Source: Candidatus Kaiserbacteria bacterium
Lineage (GTDB): Bacteria > Patescibacteriota > Minisyncoccia > Phycocordibacterales > Phycocordibacteraceae
Assembly (NCBI GenBank): GCA_963699165.1
Contig: OY969413.1
Coordinates: 212,310-276,309 of the forward strand
DNA length: 64,000 nt
Direction of reading: 5' to 3'
Shown piece after piece: positions 19,064 to 29,387 of the stretch; position 1 is the stretch's first letter; each line of letters starts with the position of its first letter. Below the pieces are notes generated by a model, which searched no databases, was not told where the DNA came from, and worked only from the letters and a program-made list of their open reading frames with translations. The translations under genes were made by a program, and so were the position numbers.

Positions 19064-20116
19064 ATGAGCATTTTACAGGTCGGCATCCTTATCATCGTTT
19101 TGGTAACTGTTCAGGGAATTGGGCTGTATTTCATAAGCCGCCGGCGCGAAGCGCCGGCGGAAAATGGGGGCATGGTTCTTCTGCAACAACAGATGCAGGA
19201 AATGGCGCGAACGCTCGACGCGCGCGTCGCTGAATCCTCCCGCGCCATGCAGGAAAACTCGCACCGCCAATTTTCCGAAAGCTCGCGCTTGATTAAAGAA
19301 ATCACGCAAGAAGTCACCTCGGTCAAAGAAATCGGCCGTCAGACCCAAGGATTTGCCGAACAGCTTCAGTCGTTGCAGGACTTGCTCAAGAATCCGAAAC
19401 AGCGCGGCATTCTCGGCGAGTATTATCTTGAAACCGTTTTGAAAAACGTGCTTCCGCCCGGCATGTACAAAATCCAGTATCCGTTTAAAAACGGCGAAAT
19501 CGTTGACGCTGCCGTTTTTGTAAGCGATAAAATTGTCCCGATTGATTCGAAGTTTTCACTCGATAACTACAACCGATTCGTCAGCACGCAAGTGGGGAGC
19601 GCCGAGCGCGCGGTCGCCGAAAAGGCGTTTGTGAACGACCTCAAGCTGCGCATTCAAGAAACGGCAAAATACATTCGTCCGGACGAAGGTACGATGGACT
19701 TCGCTTTCATGTTTATTCCGTCCGAAGGCATTTACTACGATCTTTTAACAAATCAAGTCGGGGCCGGCGAAGAAGAAAATCTCATACAAAGAGCGGCGGG
19801 GAAGTATAAGGTCATCATCGTTTCGCCGACGTCATTTCTCGCATATTTGCAGACGGTAATGCAGGGATTAAAAGCCCTTCAAATCGAAGAAAAAGCCGTC
19901 GAAATCCAAAAGCGAGTAGGCGAGCTCGGGAAGCATATCGCTTCATATCAAGAATTTTACAGAAAACTCGGCGTCTCTCTTGGCACGTCTGTAAGCCACT
20001 ACAACGCGGGCTATAAAGAACTTGGTAAAATCGACAAGGATGTATACCGCATTGCGGAGTCGCGAATCGGCATCGAACCCGAGCTGCTTGAGAAGCCGTC
20101 GGAAGGACTTGACTAA
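19064..20116 (+). CDS. rmuC: DNA recombination protein RmuC
   Basis: N-terminal TM plus coiled coil; NPKQRG..GE..LE, PIDSKF, T.DFA.MFIPSE, SPTS. Confidence 0.92.
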   Translation: MSILQVGILIIVLVTVQGIGLYFISRRREAPAENGGMVLLQQQMQEMARTLDARVAESSRAMQENSHRQFSESSRLIKEITQEVTSVKEIGRQTQGFAEQLQSLQDLLKNPKQRGILGEYYLETVLKNVLPPGMYKIQYPFKNGEIVDAAVFVSDKIVPIDSKFSLDNYNRFVSTQVGSAERAVAEKAFVNDLKLRIQETAKYIRPDEGTMDFAFMFIPSEGIYYDLLTNQVGAGEEENLIQRAAGKYKVIIVSPTSFLAYLQTVMQGLKALQIEEKAVEIQKRVGELGKHIASYQEFYRKLGVSLGTSVSHYNAGYKELGKIDKDVYRIAESRIGIEPELLEKPSEGLD

Positions 20117-20194
20117 ATAGCAGAGCCGTGCTATTTTCTCTTTAGAAAGTCGGCGTGCGTCGACATCCGTCCCGTTCGGGACAAGGAGGCCTGC

Positions 20195-20548
20195 GTGTCC
20201 AACTCGAAGAGATCAAAGCTGAATGGAGCGTGTGTGCTTGCCGCTTTTGTGGCGGCGTGCGCGCTCGCTATTTTCTGGCCAATAAATGGTCCCGGTCCTT
20301 TGTATTCGCCGACCGAGCTCACGAACAAGCAAATTCTGGCACGGCTCAAACCGGGCAAGACGGTGACGGTCCGGTTAGAAAAGGGTCGTGTACCGTTTTG
20401 CGCTCGGTACAGGGAGACCGAGATGTCTCCCAACTCACGCGTCGGGGACTTCTATGTGCGGGTCGCGTTCTTTCCGGAAGACGCGTTTCCGGACTATGTG
20501 GACGTCCGCGAGGACGGACACGACATCCAAGCCGGGTGCCACCAGTGA
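20195..20548 (+). CDS. Hypothetical protein with an N-terminal TM segment
   Basis: 117-aa ORF filling the gap; hydrophobic N-terminus; no motif recognised. Confidence 0.45.
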   Translation: MSNSKRSKLNGACVLAAFVAACALAIFWPINGPGPLYSPTELTNKQILARLKPGKTVTVRLEKGRVPFCARYRETEMSPNSRVGDFYVRVAFFPEDAFPDYVDVREDGHDIQAGCHQ

Positions 20549-20633
20549 CGGTTGGCTCCCGCAATCAATCAAGCCGCGAGGGTAACTTCGCGGTCTTGCT
20601 ATTTATATGCAACCGTGCTAGATTGGACGAACT

Positions 20634-20951
20634 ATGGAAGTGGCCGTAATCAAGACGGGCGGGAAGCAGTATGTCGTCTCCAAAGGCGATACTATTTCGA
20701 TAGAGAAGCTCCCCGCCGATTTGAAAAAAGGTGACACGGTTGTCTTTGGCGAGGTGCTCCTCGTCGACAACGGCTCGGACACGACCATCGGCGCGCCGAT
20801 TATCAAAGGCGCGGAGGTCAAGGGCACCGTTGTTCTCGCCGGGAAGGCAAAGAAAATTGAGGTGGTGAAATACAAGCCGAAGAGCCGCTACTACAAGCGC
20901 AACGGCCACCGCCAGCCGGTTCTGCAAGTGAAAATCGATTCGATTTCTTAG
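20634..20951 (+). CDS. rplU: 50S ribosomal protein L21
   Basis: AVIKTGGKQY.V..GD, GHRQP. Confidence 0.97.
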   Translation: MEVAVIKTGGKQYVVSKGDTISIEKLPADLKKGDTVVFGEVLLVDNGSDTTIGAPIIKGAEVKGTVVLAGKAKKIEVVKYKPKSRYYKRNGHRQPVLQVKIDSIS

Positions 20952-20981
20952 TCATCTCAAAAACTCGAGAGCAAGACCTCA

Positions 20982-21154
20982 GAACCTGTTTCAAAAATAA
21001 CTTTCTGAAATGCCTGGCCGCTGCGAGCCGCCTGTTTCGGCTACGAAGCGCAACGGCTCGCCCTCGCCGTACCTCAGGTATGTCTCGGTCTGCGCCGGCA
21101 CTTCTCGCTCGAAACAGACGGCTCTCGCAAGGCCATTATTTTTGAAACAGGTTC
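20982..21154. mobile_element. MITE-like 173-bp palindromic element
   Basis: Perfect 19-bp terminal IRs GAACCTGTTTCAAAAATAA / TTATTTTTGAAACAGGTTC plus nested internal IRs. Confidence 0.75.
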
Positions 21155-21205
21155 CGCAAGGCCTTCGTTTTCGTTTTCTCATTATTTAATTATCTATATA
21201 CATTT

Positions 21206-22564
<1,359 letters not shown>

Positions 22565-22583
22565 AACTCTTCGTATAAAAGCT

Positions 22584-22619
22584 AAAGGGCGCCCTCACAT
22601 TTGTGAGGGCGCCCTTTTT
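22584..22619. terminator. Intrinsic (probably bidirectional) terminator
   Basis: AAAGGGCGCCCTCACA-TT-TGTGAGGGCGCCCTTT followed by Ts. Confidence 0.8.
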
Positions 22620-22631
22620 ATGGGCTGACGT

Positions 22632-22838
22632 CTACGCCGCGACCGCGAGTTTAACCATCGCCGGGCTAAGGAATCTACCTTCTGCATCAAAGACGGCGAC
22701 TCGGTTGCTGAAGCCAACGAACAAGACTTTGTATTTCTTTTCCCCCGAAATCTCGTCGATATGTAGAGTTTGTTTTTCCCAGCCCGCCGAAGCCGGATTC
22801 GTTGGTCCGAAAAGTTCCGCCGTTGAACCGATATACAT
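22632..22838 (-). CDS. Possible small hypothetical protein
   Basis: 68-aa ORF ending just before the bidirectional terminator; no motif. Confidence 0.3.
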   Translation of the reverse strand: MYIGSTAELFGPTNPASAGWEKQTLHIDEISGEKKYKVLFVGFSNRVAVFDAEGRFLSPAMVKLAVAA

Positions 22839-22856
22839 AAAAAGACCTTACCTTTC

Positions 22857-23960
22857 CTAACTTGTTGAGAAGCAATCCCAACTCGTTAGTAGGTATACAA
22901 CTTTGCAAAAAATTTGTCCAGCTACTGTACGCGTCCAGTACTTTTGGCAGTCCCCGACGGTTAATGTACACACAATATACCGCAAGGGGGACACCATGCC
23001 GAGCGACTGGTGCGGGCGTTTGGTGTTGTACCAGATCAGCCAGTCGACAAGCTTCAGATTGAAGGAATGAATATCGTCCCGCAGCAGGCCCCGATTCAGC
23101 ATGATGAAGTCCTCGGAGACGGTGCGATTGAATCGTTCGACGTGGGCATTCATCTTGGGAGTGCGGGGGCGGGTGTGAAAGTGCGTGAGCCCGAGTTCGG
23201 CACAGGCATCCTCGAAGTGTTTGGCGAACTCGCTCCCGTTGTCGGTCTGCAACTCGTCGATATCGAAGGGGCAAACCTCGATGACTCGGCGAAGGAAGTC
23301 GTCCGCGCTTCTCGACGAGTGGTTCGTATACGCGCCCGCAAAGGCGAACTTCCGCTCCACATCCACTGCCGTGAGGACGTACCGCTTCACGCCGTCGATG
23401 AAGCGGACGACGGTATCGAGCTCCATGCCGCGCTTGCCGGTGCGGCGAAGCTTGGTACGGCGTTTCTGCGGTGTTTCCGTGTGATTGCCCGTACGTGCGT
23501 GGAACGAGAGCCGGCTCTGCTGCGGGAGCAGACCGCGGTTCTTCAAATCCAGAATGACCCGCCCAACGTATGACTCCGACACGGAGTACCCTTCTTCGCG
23601 CAGGAGAACGGCAAGCTTTGCTTTCCCAAGCCGGGGATGCGCCTGTCGTTCGCGGATGATGAAATCCTCGACCTCGGGCAGAACAGTCCTCCTTCGACGC
23701 GCCTTCGGCGCAGTGCTCTTCGGGTCAAGTGCATCAATGCGGCCCTCGTGGGCTTTGAGTTCCTCCTTCCAGCGATACAAGGTGCGCTCCGAGGTGCCAA
23801 AGGCGTCGTATGCGGCCTCCGTCCCGTGCATGTCCCAGAATCCCAATATCTTCACCCGTCTGTCGACTTCCTTTGGTTTCCGCATATGCCGCAATCGTAT
23901 CGTCCTTTCCCACATGCTCAACCAGCCCTTCGTACCCCTGAAATTGCTTCTGATGCGCAT
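22857..23960 (-). CDS. IS481-family transposase, copy 2
   Basis: Same protein as copy 1 but reading 22 codons into flanking DNA. Confidence 0.92.
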   Translation of the reverse strand: MRIRSNFRGTKGWLSMWERTIRLRHMRKPKEVDRRVKILGFWDMHGTEAAYDAFGTSERTLYRWKEELKAHEGRIDALDPKSTAPKARRRRTVLPEVEDFIIRERQAHPRLGKAKLAVLLREEGYSVSESYVGRVILDLKNRGLLPQQSRLSFHARTGNHTETPQKRRTKLRRTGKRGMELDTVVRFIDGVKRYVLTAVDVERKFAFAGAYTNHSSRSADDFLRRVIEVCPFDIDELQTDNGSEFAKHFEDACAELGLTHFHTRPRTPKMNAHVERFNRTVSEDFIMLNRGLLRDDIHSFNLKLVDWLIWYNTKRPHQSLGMVSPLRYIVCTLTVGDCQKYWTRTVAGQIFCKVVYLLTSWDCFSTS

Positions 23961-24005
23961 ATATCCTCGGTTATGAGGACTGCCAAATGTATCTGAACTT
24001 ATGCA
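22926..24005 (-). mobile_element. IS481-family element A, copy 2
   Basis: Same 1080-bp sequence; 5-bp target duplication GCTAC (22921-22925 / 24006-24010). Confidence 0.95.
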
Positions 24006-24012
24006 GCTACGC

Positions 24013-24944
24013 TGTACTAAGTCAACGCGTTGTTGACACTTTCTAGGTACGCCTCGAGTCTTCCGAATGGAGTTGTTCCGAGCGATTGGTGAATGCGGGT
24101 CTGGTTGTACCAGTCCACAAACGCATACAAATAGCGTCGGCGATGGGCTCGAGAGATGTGATTGGAACGTGTCTTCCCGTGCCATTCGGTCATGAGGGTT
24201 TTGATGAATCGCTCCGCTTTTCCATTGGTCCAGGGATGCTTCACTTTCGTGAACGCTTGGCTCATGCCCGTTTCCCTGCAGAGTGCCGCCACCGGATGAT
24301 CCGGTCGTCCCCGGTACTCGCTCCCGTTGTCGGAATAGATGCCGGTCACGGGGAACGGCAATACTCGCTTGCTCTCGGCGAGGAACATGGCGGCCGAATA
24401 TGCGGTCTTGTCGGGGAAGATATCGGCAAAGGCGGTACGAGAGTAGTCGTCAATGGCGACAAATAGGTATTCTCTCGGTTGCGCGGCGGCTTCTCCTCGC
24501 AGGAGCGGCAGGCGCTTGGTATCGAGATGCAGCATTTCACCCGGTATCGATTTCTCGTATCGGTTCAATCGATGGGCTTTGCGGGCGAGCTTCTCTCCCA
24601 CGCGCTTTTCGGTGCGAGCAAGCTTTTGGAACCCGTACAGGATGGTGCGATATCGGTGATTCATCGAGGAACGATTCTCGAAGACGTTCAGTCGGGCATC
24701 TTTAAGTGTCTCGTATACGGTTTCTCGGGAGACTTTGTATTCTCGGGCCAAATGGGTCGCTTGAGCTCCCATACCCCATCTGCGGAACATCTCACGCCGT
24801 TGGTACGGCAACAATTTGGTATTCTTGTGCATGCAAGAGGCGCTAACGATTAAATGGTCTGAACACCAAAATCGTACCGCGCCTTTTGCGCTTTCAATGA
24901 ACTCGTCGACGCGAAAAGTGTCAACAACCCGATACTAACGTACA
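24013..24944 (-). mobile_element. IS481-family element B (932 bp)
   Basis: TGTAC...GTTGTTGACACTTT terminal IRs with TGT/ACA ends; 7-bp target duplication GCTACGC (24006-24012 / 24945-24951). Confidence 0.92.
24017..24832 (-). CDS. IS481-family transposase B
   Basis: MH.N..L, PGEMLHLDTK, VAIDDYSR, SDNGSEY, TNGKAERFIKT, YN..R.HQSL. Confidence 0.92.
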   Translation of the reverse strand: MHKNTKLLPYQRREMFRRWGMGAQATHLAREYKVSRETVYETLKDARLNVFENRSSMNHRYRTILYGFQKLARTEKRVGEKLARKAHRLNRYEKSIPGEMLHLDTKRLPLLRGEAAAQPREYLFVAIDDYSRTAFADIFPDKTAYSAAMFLAESKRVLPFPVTGIYSDNGSEYRGRPDHPVAALCRETGMSQAFTKVKHPWTNGKAERFIKTLMTEWHGKTRSNHISRAHRRRYLYAFVDWYNQTRIHQSLGTTPFGRLEAYLESVNNALT

Positions 24945-24945
24945 G

Positions 24946-25545
24946 CTACGCCTCTTTTCGATTTATCAGAGCGGCTCGGAGGGTCTCCGCATCGGAATAT
25001 TCAAGTTCGCTGCCGGTCGCAAGACCGCGGCCGAGAACGGAAATTTTGATTTTGTCGCGATAGGGAGCAAGAAGCGAACGGACGTAATCGGCCGTATGCT
25101 CGCCTTCGCTTGTCGCGCCGAGCGCGAGGACGATTTCGTTCAAATTATTTTTCACATGCTTTTCAACGGATTTCAGCAATTCCTTTTCGCGAATCGCACC
25201 TTTTCCGTTAAGAGTAAGTACGCCGCCAAGCACGAAGTAGCGGCCGCGGTAGGTGCCGGCGCGCTCAATGGCGGCGAGATCCTGGTCTTTTTCAACGAGC
25301 ATTAAAAGCGAATCTTCGCGGCGCGTATCGGAGCAATAATTGCAGAGGGGAGACATTCCATTGAAGAAACGCAAACATTCGGTGCATTGCCTGACGTCTT
25401 TGCCGAGCGATGTGATAAGCTCGGCGAGTTTGGTTCGTTCATACGCAGGAGCGGCAAGCAAGTAAAAAACAAAACGTTTGCCTTGCCGCGGGCCGATGCC
25501 CGGGAATCGCGCGAGTGCTTGTGCAAGTTCGTCGATTTTATCCAT
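24946..25545 (-). CDS. recR: Recombination mediator RecR
   Basis: PGIGPR HhH, C4 zinc finger, Toprim with EGE.TA, LEY.D..TL. Confidence 0.95.
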   Translation of the reverse strand: MDKIDELAQALARFPGIGPRQGKRFVFYLLAAPAYERTKLAELITSLGKDVRQCTECLRFFNGMSPLCNYCSDTRREDSLLMLVEKDQDLAAIERAGTYRGRYFVLGGVLTLNGKGAIREKELLKSVEKHVKNNLNEIVLALGATSEGEHTADYVRSLLAPYRDKIKISVLGRGLATGSELEYSDAETLRAALINRKEA

Positions 25546-25556
25546 CGTGCGAAAAA

Positions 25557-26912
25557 TTAAAACTCAGCAGCCAGTTCGCCATAGCCCGCCGTATCAACCG
25601 GCTGGAAAGTCGCGCGCTTTTCGTCGAAGTACAATTCCGTTTTTCCGGTCGGACCGTTGCGGTGTTTTTCGATCAAAATCTCCGCAATGTTCGGGCGGTC
25701 GCTCTCGGCGTTTCGTTTGTCTTCGCGATGAATAAACATCACCACGTCGGCGTCCTGCTCGATGCTTCCCGAGTCGCGCAGGTCGCTGAGTCGGGGCTTG
25801 CCGCCGCGCTGTTCGACGGCGCGGGAAAGCTGCGAGAGAGCGATAACCGGCACTTGCAACTCGCGCGCGAGCGATTTGAGCGAGCGGGAAATCTCAGTAA
25901 CCTGCTGGACTAGCGAGTCGGATGCTTTTGTCGATGTGGGCGCCATAAGTTGAAGATAGTCCACGATTATGAGACCGATGCCGCGTTCGCGCTTCAGACG
26001 GCGCGCAACCGCACGCATGCCGAGAATGTTGTTGCCCGGCTTGTCGTCGATGTAAATCGGCGCTTTGGAAAGCGTTTCGAGCGCATCGCGGATGCGGTTG
26101 AAATCATCCTCATCGCGAACTTGGCCCGTGCGGAGTTTCCACGAGTTAACGAACGATTCTGCGGCGAGCATGCGGTCGATGAGCTGCTCGGAGCTCATTT
26201 CGAGCGAAAAGATTCCAACGGGGACATTGTGCCGAACAGCCGCATTTCGCGCGATGTCGAGCGCAAGCGAGGTTTTACCCATCGAAGGCCGCGCCGCAAG
26301 AATCACGAGGTCGGACGGATGGAAACCGGAAAGAAGATTGTCGAGGGAAGGGAAGCCGGATGGCACGCCGCGAATGCCGTCTTCTTTTTTCGAAAGCGCT
26401 TCGATGCGGTCCCATGCCTCGTGAATTTTGTCGCCGATGGCGGTGAATTTGTGCGCCGCCGACGCGTTCCCGATGGCGTAGATTTTTTTCTCGGCTTCGT
26501 CGAGCACTTCCATCGTCTCGCGCGCATCGTCATATGCGGCTTCGGTAATGTCGTAGGATGCGTCAATAAGCGAACGCATGAGATATTTTCGAGATACCAG
26601 TTCTGCATAGTGAGAAAAGTTTCCCGGCGTCGGCGCTGAACCGGCAAGTTCGGCGAGATAGCTCCTGCCGCCGCTTCGTTCAAGCAGTCCTTGGCTTTGC
26701 AAGCGTTCGGATAGCGAAAGCTGGTCAATCGGCTCGCCGCGCTCGGCAAGTTCGCGCATAGCGCCGAAAATATGCCGGTGTTTTTCGGCATAAAAAGAAT
26801 CGGCCTGAATGAGATCCGAAACGTCGTGAATTGCATCGGGCTTCAGAAGAAGCGCGCCAAGAAGCGCTCGTTCCGATTCGAGCGATTGCGGAGGAATTCG
26901 ATCGGTGGCCAT
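25557..26912 (-). CDS. dnaB: Replicative DNA helicase DnaB
   Basis: PPQSLESE, AARPSMGKT, FSLEMS, DYLQL, SQLSR, DLRDSGSIEQDAD, KHRNGP; no intein. Confidence 0.97.
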   Translation of the reverse strand: MATDRIPPQSLESERALLGALLLKPDAIHDVSDLIQADSFYAEKHRHIFGAMRELAERGEPIDQLSLSERLQSQGLLERSGGRSYLAELAGSAPTPGNFSHYAELVSRKYLMRSLIDASYDITEAAYDDARETMEVLDEAEKKIYAIGNASAAHKFTAIGDKIHEAWDRIEALSKKEDGIRGVPSGFPSLDNLLSGFHPSDLVILAARPSMGKTSLALDIARNAAVRHNVPVGIFSLEMSSEQLIDRMLAAESFVNSWKLRTGQVRDEDDFNRIRDALETLSKAPIYIDDKPGNNILGMRAVARRLKRERGIGLIIVDYLQLMAPTSTKASDSLVQQVTEISRSLKSLARELQVPVIALSQLSRAVEQRGGKPRLSDLRDSGSIEQDADVVMFIHREDKRNAESDRPNIAEILIEKHRNGPTGKTELYFDEKRATFQPVDTAGYGELAAEF

Positions 26913-26926
26913 TACCGCCAATTGTA

Positions 26927-28414
26927 TCAATTAGTCGAGCGAGTCACCACTATGCCGTTCGGCCCGTCATCCACACGATATCCCCTGTTTTCAATCTCTT
27001 TACGAATCGAGTCGGACATGGCAAAATCCTTATTTTCGCGCGCTTCTTTTCGTTTTTGCAGCAGCTCGACAATGTCTTCGGGCAGCGAATGTTCGCTCTC
27101 GGCGCCGTCGTTTGTGAAAGATACGGGTAGCCGGTCTTTGGGGGGATTGGTGAGCGAAAGTCCGAGGTACGCATTTGCATCCTGAAGCAATCCCCATTTT
27201 TCTTCGGGAGCGTATTCTTCGCTTTTGAGAGACTCCCACAGAATGCCAAGCGCCTGCGGCGTTGCCAGGTCGTCATTCAAGCTCGCGATAAAGCGCTCGC
27301 GTGCTTCGGAATGAGCAGCGGTTTTTTTCGATTCCTTCGCAATCTCGTGTGACATTTTCCAGAGTCGGTCGAGTGCGCCGGATGCGGCCGCGAGCGCATC
27401 CCACGAAAAAGAAAGGGGAGTGCGATAATGCGCCTGCAGAAAAAAATATCGGAGCGCGAGCGGATGGAATCCTTTATCGGTGATGTCCGAAAGATACACC
27501 ACGTTGCCGAGCGACTTGCTGGCCTTCTCGCCGTTCATCGTGAGAAATGCGCTGTGCATCCAGTAATGCACGAACGTGCGTCCGCTCGCCGCTTCCGACT
27601 GCGCGATTTCGTTGTTGTGATGAACCGCTATGTGGTCTTCGCCGCCCGTATGAATGTCGATTTCTTGTCCGAGAAGTGCGCGCGTCATTGCAGAACATTC
27701 GATGTGCCAGCCGGGATTGCCGCGTCCCCACGGGCTGTCCCATTGCTGCAAATCGTTCGGTTTCGCAGCCCGCCATAACACGAAATCGGATGAATGCCGT
27801 TTTCCCTCGACGACTTCGACGCGCGCGCCCGCTTCAAGCTGTACGTTCGAAATGCCGCCCAGTTTTCCGTACCCGACGAATTTTTGCGTATCAAAATACA
27901 AGCCGTCGGGGAGCCGATACGCGAACCCTTTTTCTTCAAGGGTTTTTGCGAGCGCGATTTGTTCCTGGATGTATTCGGTCGCGCGCGGGAAAAGGATGTC
28001 GTTCGTATCGATATTCAAGTCGCCGATGTCTTCGATGAAAATTTTGGCATAGCGCGCGGCAATCATTTCCGGCGTCGTCTGTTCGCGCGCCGCGCCGACC
28101 GCCATTTTATCCTCGCCGCCGTCGCCGTCGCCGACCATGTGGCCGACATCTGTAATGTTAATGACGCGGCGCATGCGGTATCCGGCCGCGGTCAGCGCGC
28201 GGGCGATTGAATCCGAAAAAACATACGCCCGCAAGTTGCCGATATGCGCGCGATTGTAGACGGTCGGCCCGCAGGAATACATGAGTGCAAGCCCGGGCTT
28301 CTGCGGAATGAAAAGCTCTTTTTTGCCGGAAAGGGTGTTGGTAAAGTATATCTGCGACCGGTGGTCGAGGCCGGTTTTTTTATTTCTGCCGAAGATTCGG
28401 GTGAATGGTTTCAT
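26927..28414 (-). CDS. cysS: Cysteine--tRNA ligase
   Basis: CGPTVY..AHIGN, PGWHIECSAM, HHNNE.AQSE, KASKSLGN. Confidence 0.96.
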   Translation of the reverse strand: MKPFTRIFGRNKKTGLDHRSQIYFTNTLSGKKELFIPQKPGLALMYSCGPTVYNRAHIGNLRAYVFSDSIARALTAAGYRMRRVINITDVGHMVGDGDGGEDKMAVGAAREQTTPEMIAARYAKIFIEDIGDLNIDTNDILFPRATEYIQEQIALAKTLEEKGFAYRLPDGLYFDTQKFVGYGKLGGISNVQLEAGARVEVVEGKRHSSDFVLWRAAKPNDLQQWDSPWGRGNPGWHIECSAMTRALLGQEIDIHTGGEDHIAVHHNNEIAQSEAASGRTFVHYWMHSAFLTMNGEKASKSLGNVVYLSDITDKGFHPLALRYFFLQAHYRTPLSFSWDALAAASGALDRLWKMSHEIAKESKKTAAHSEARERFIASLNDDLATPQALGILWESLKSEEYAPEEKWGLLQDANAYLGLSLTNPPKDRLPVSFTNDGAESEHSLPEDIVELLQKRKEARENKDFAMSDSIRKEIENRGYRVDDGPNGIVVTRSTN

Positions 28415-28416
28415 AA

Positions 28417-29337
28417 TTAAAATATCCATCGTTTTTTAGCAAATACCAGCAGCATGGTGAGCGCGATTGCGAACATGATGCCGAGAATAATCCAAAATGA
28501 GTCCGGGTTCTGTTCGAACGGAGTGCCTTGCAGGTGCATGCCGAACACGAGCGCGACGAGTTCGAGCGGCAGCACGCCGAAGGTTATGACGGTCAGCGTT
28601 TTCATGATTTCGTTTTGCCGCGCGCCGAGTATTGCCGTATTCGTCTCGCGCATTTCGGCCGCGACGGCGCGATGCGTTTTCAAAAGCCGCGCCACCTGAT
28701 TTCGTTCCGCGAGAATGCGCTCGGCGCGTTCCGGAAACGTCTCGCCGAAAAATCCGCGCGAGGTCAGAACGTGCAGAAAGCGTTCGGCCGGTTCCTCGTG
28801 GTTCGCGAGCGCCGCCTCCATGTGCAGAAATTCGCGGTTTATGTTTGAAATCGAACGTACGGTTGAATTTTCATGGCCGTTGAACATTTCGCGTTCGACG
28901 TGTTCGAGGCGCGCCGCCGCGTGGTTGGTGTGGTCGCGCACGGACGCATAGAGGTGCGCAAAAAGAACCTCCAGCAATATGTCCGTCGAAATCGGGTCTT
29001 TTCCGGAAACAAGCTCCTGCGCCGCCAGCAATTTTTGCAAATGATAGAGCGGCGCAACAACTTCGTAACGAACGGTAATGATAAAATGCTCGCCGACGAT
29101 AAAATCTATCTCCTGATTGCCGGTGTCGCCGTCTTCCGTGCCAGGCGTGGGGAAGTGCAGAATGACGAGGACGGCCGAATCGTCCGCCGCGACAAGCGGA
29201 ACGGGATTCGGGGAGACAATTTCCTGCTCGATGCGCTTGCCGATTGAGAATTCTTTCACGACGCTTGCCATTTCTTCATCGCCGGGCTGTTCGAGGTCAA
29301 CCCATACGCCGCCGTGGTAGCTGTGCCGACTTATCAT
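28417..29337 (-). CDS. CorA-family divalent cation transporter
   Basis: WVDLEQP, QNEIMKTLTVIT, FGMH (variant of GMN), two C-terminal TM segments. Confidence 0.85.
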   Translation of the reverse strand: MISRHSYHGGVWVDLEQPGDEEMASVVKEFSIGKRIEQEIVSPNPVPLVAADDSAVLVILHFPTPGTEDGDTGNQEIDFIVGEHFIITVRYEVVAPLYHLQKLLAAQELVSGKDPISTDILLEVLFAHLYASVRDHTNHAAARLEHVEREMFNGHENSTVRSISNINREFLHMEAALANHEEPAERFLHVLTSRGFFGETFPERAERILAERNQVARLLKTHRAVAAEMRETNTAILGARQNEIMKTLTVITFGVLPLELVALVFGMHLQGTPFEQNPDSFWIILGIMFAIALTMLLVFAKKRWIF

Positions 29338-29387
29338 GCTGTTAACAATACCATGTACCGTTTGCGGTGTGCTACACTCTGCAGACA

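Noticed and set aside
22600-24950. Replication terminus at the first +/- strand switch near the stacked IS elements
   Set aside because: Plus-strand genes resume at 29-33 kb and no dif-like site was seen here; the lasting switch is near 33-34.5 kb
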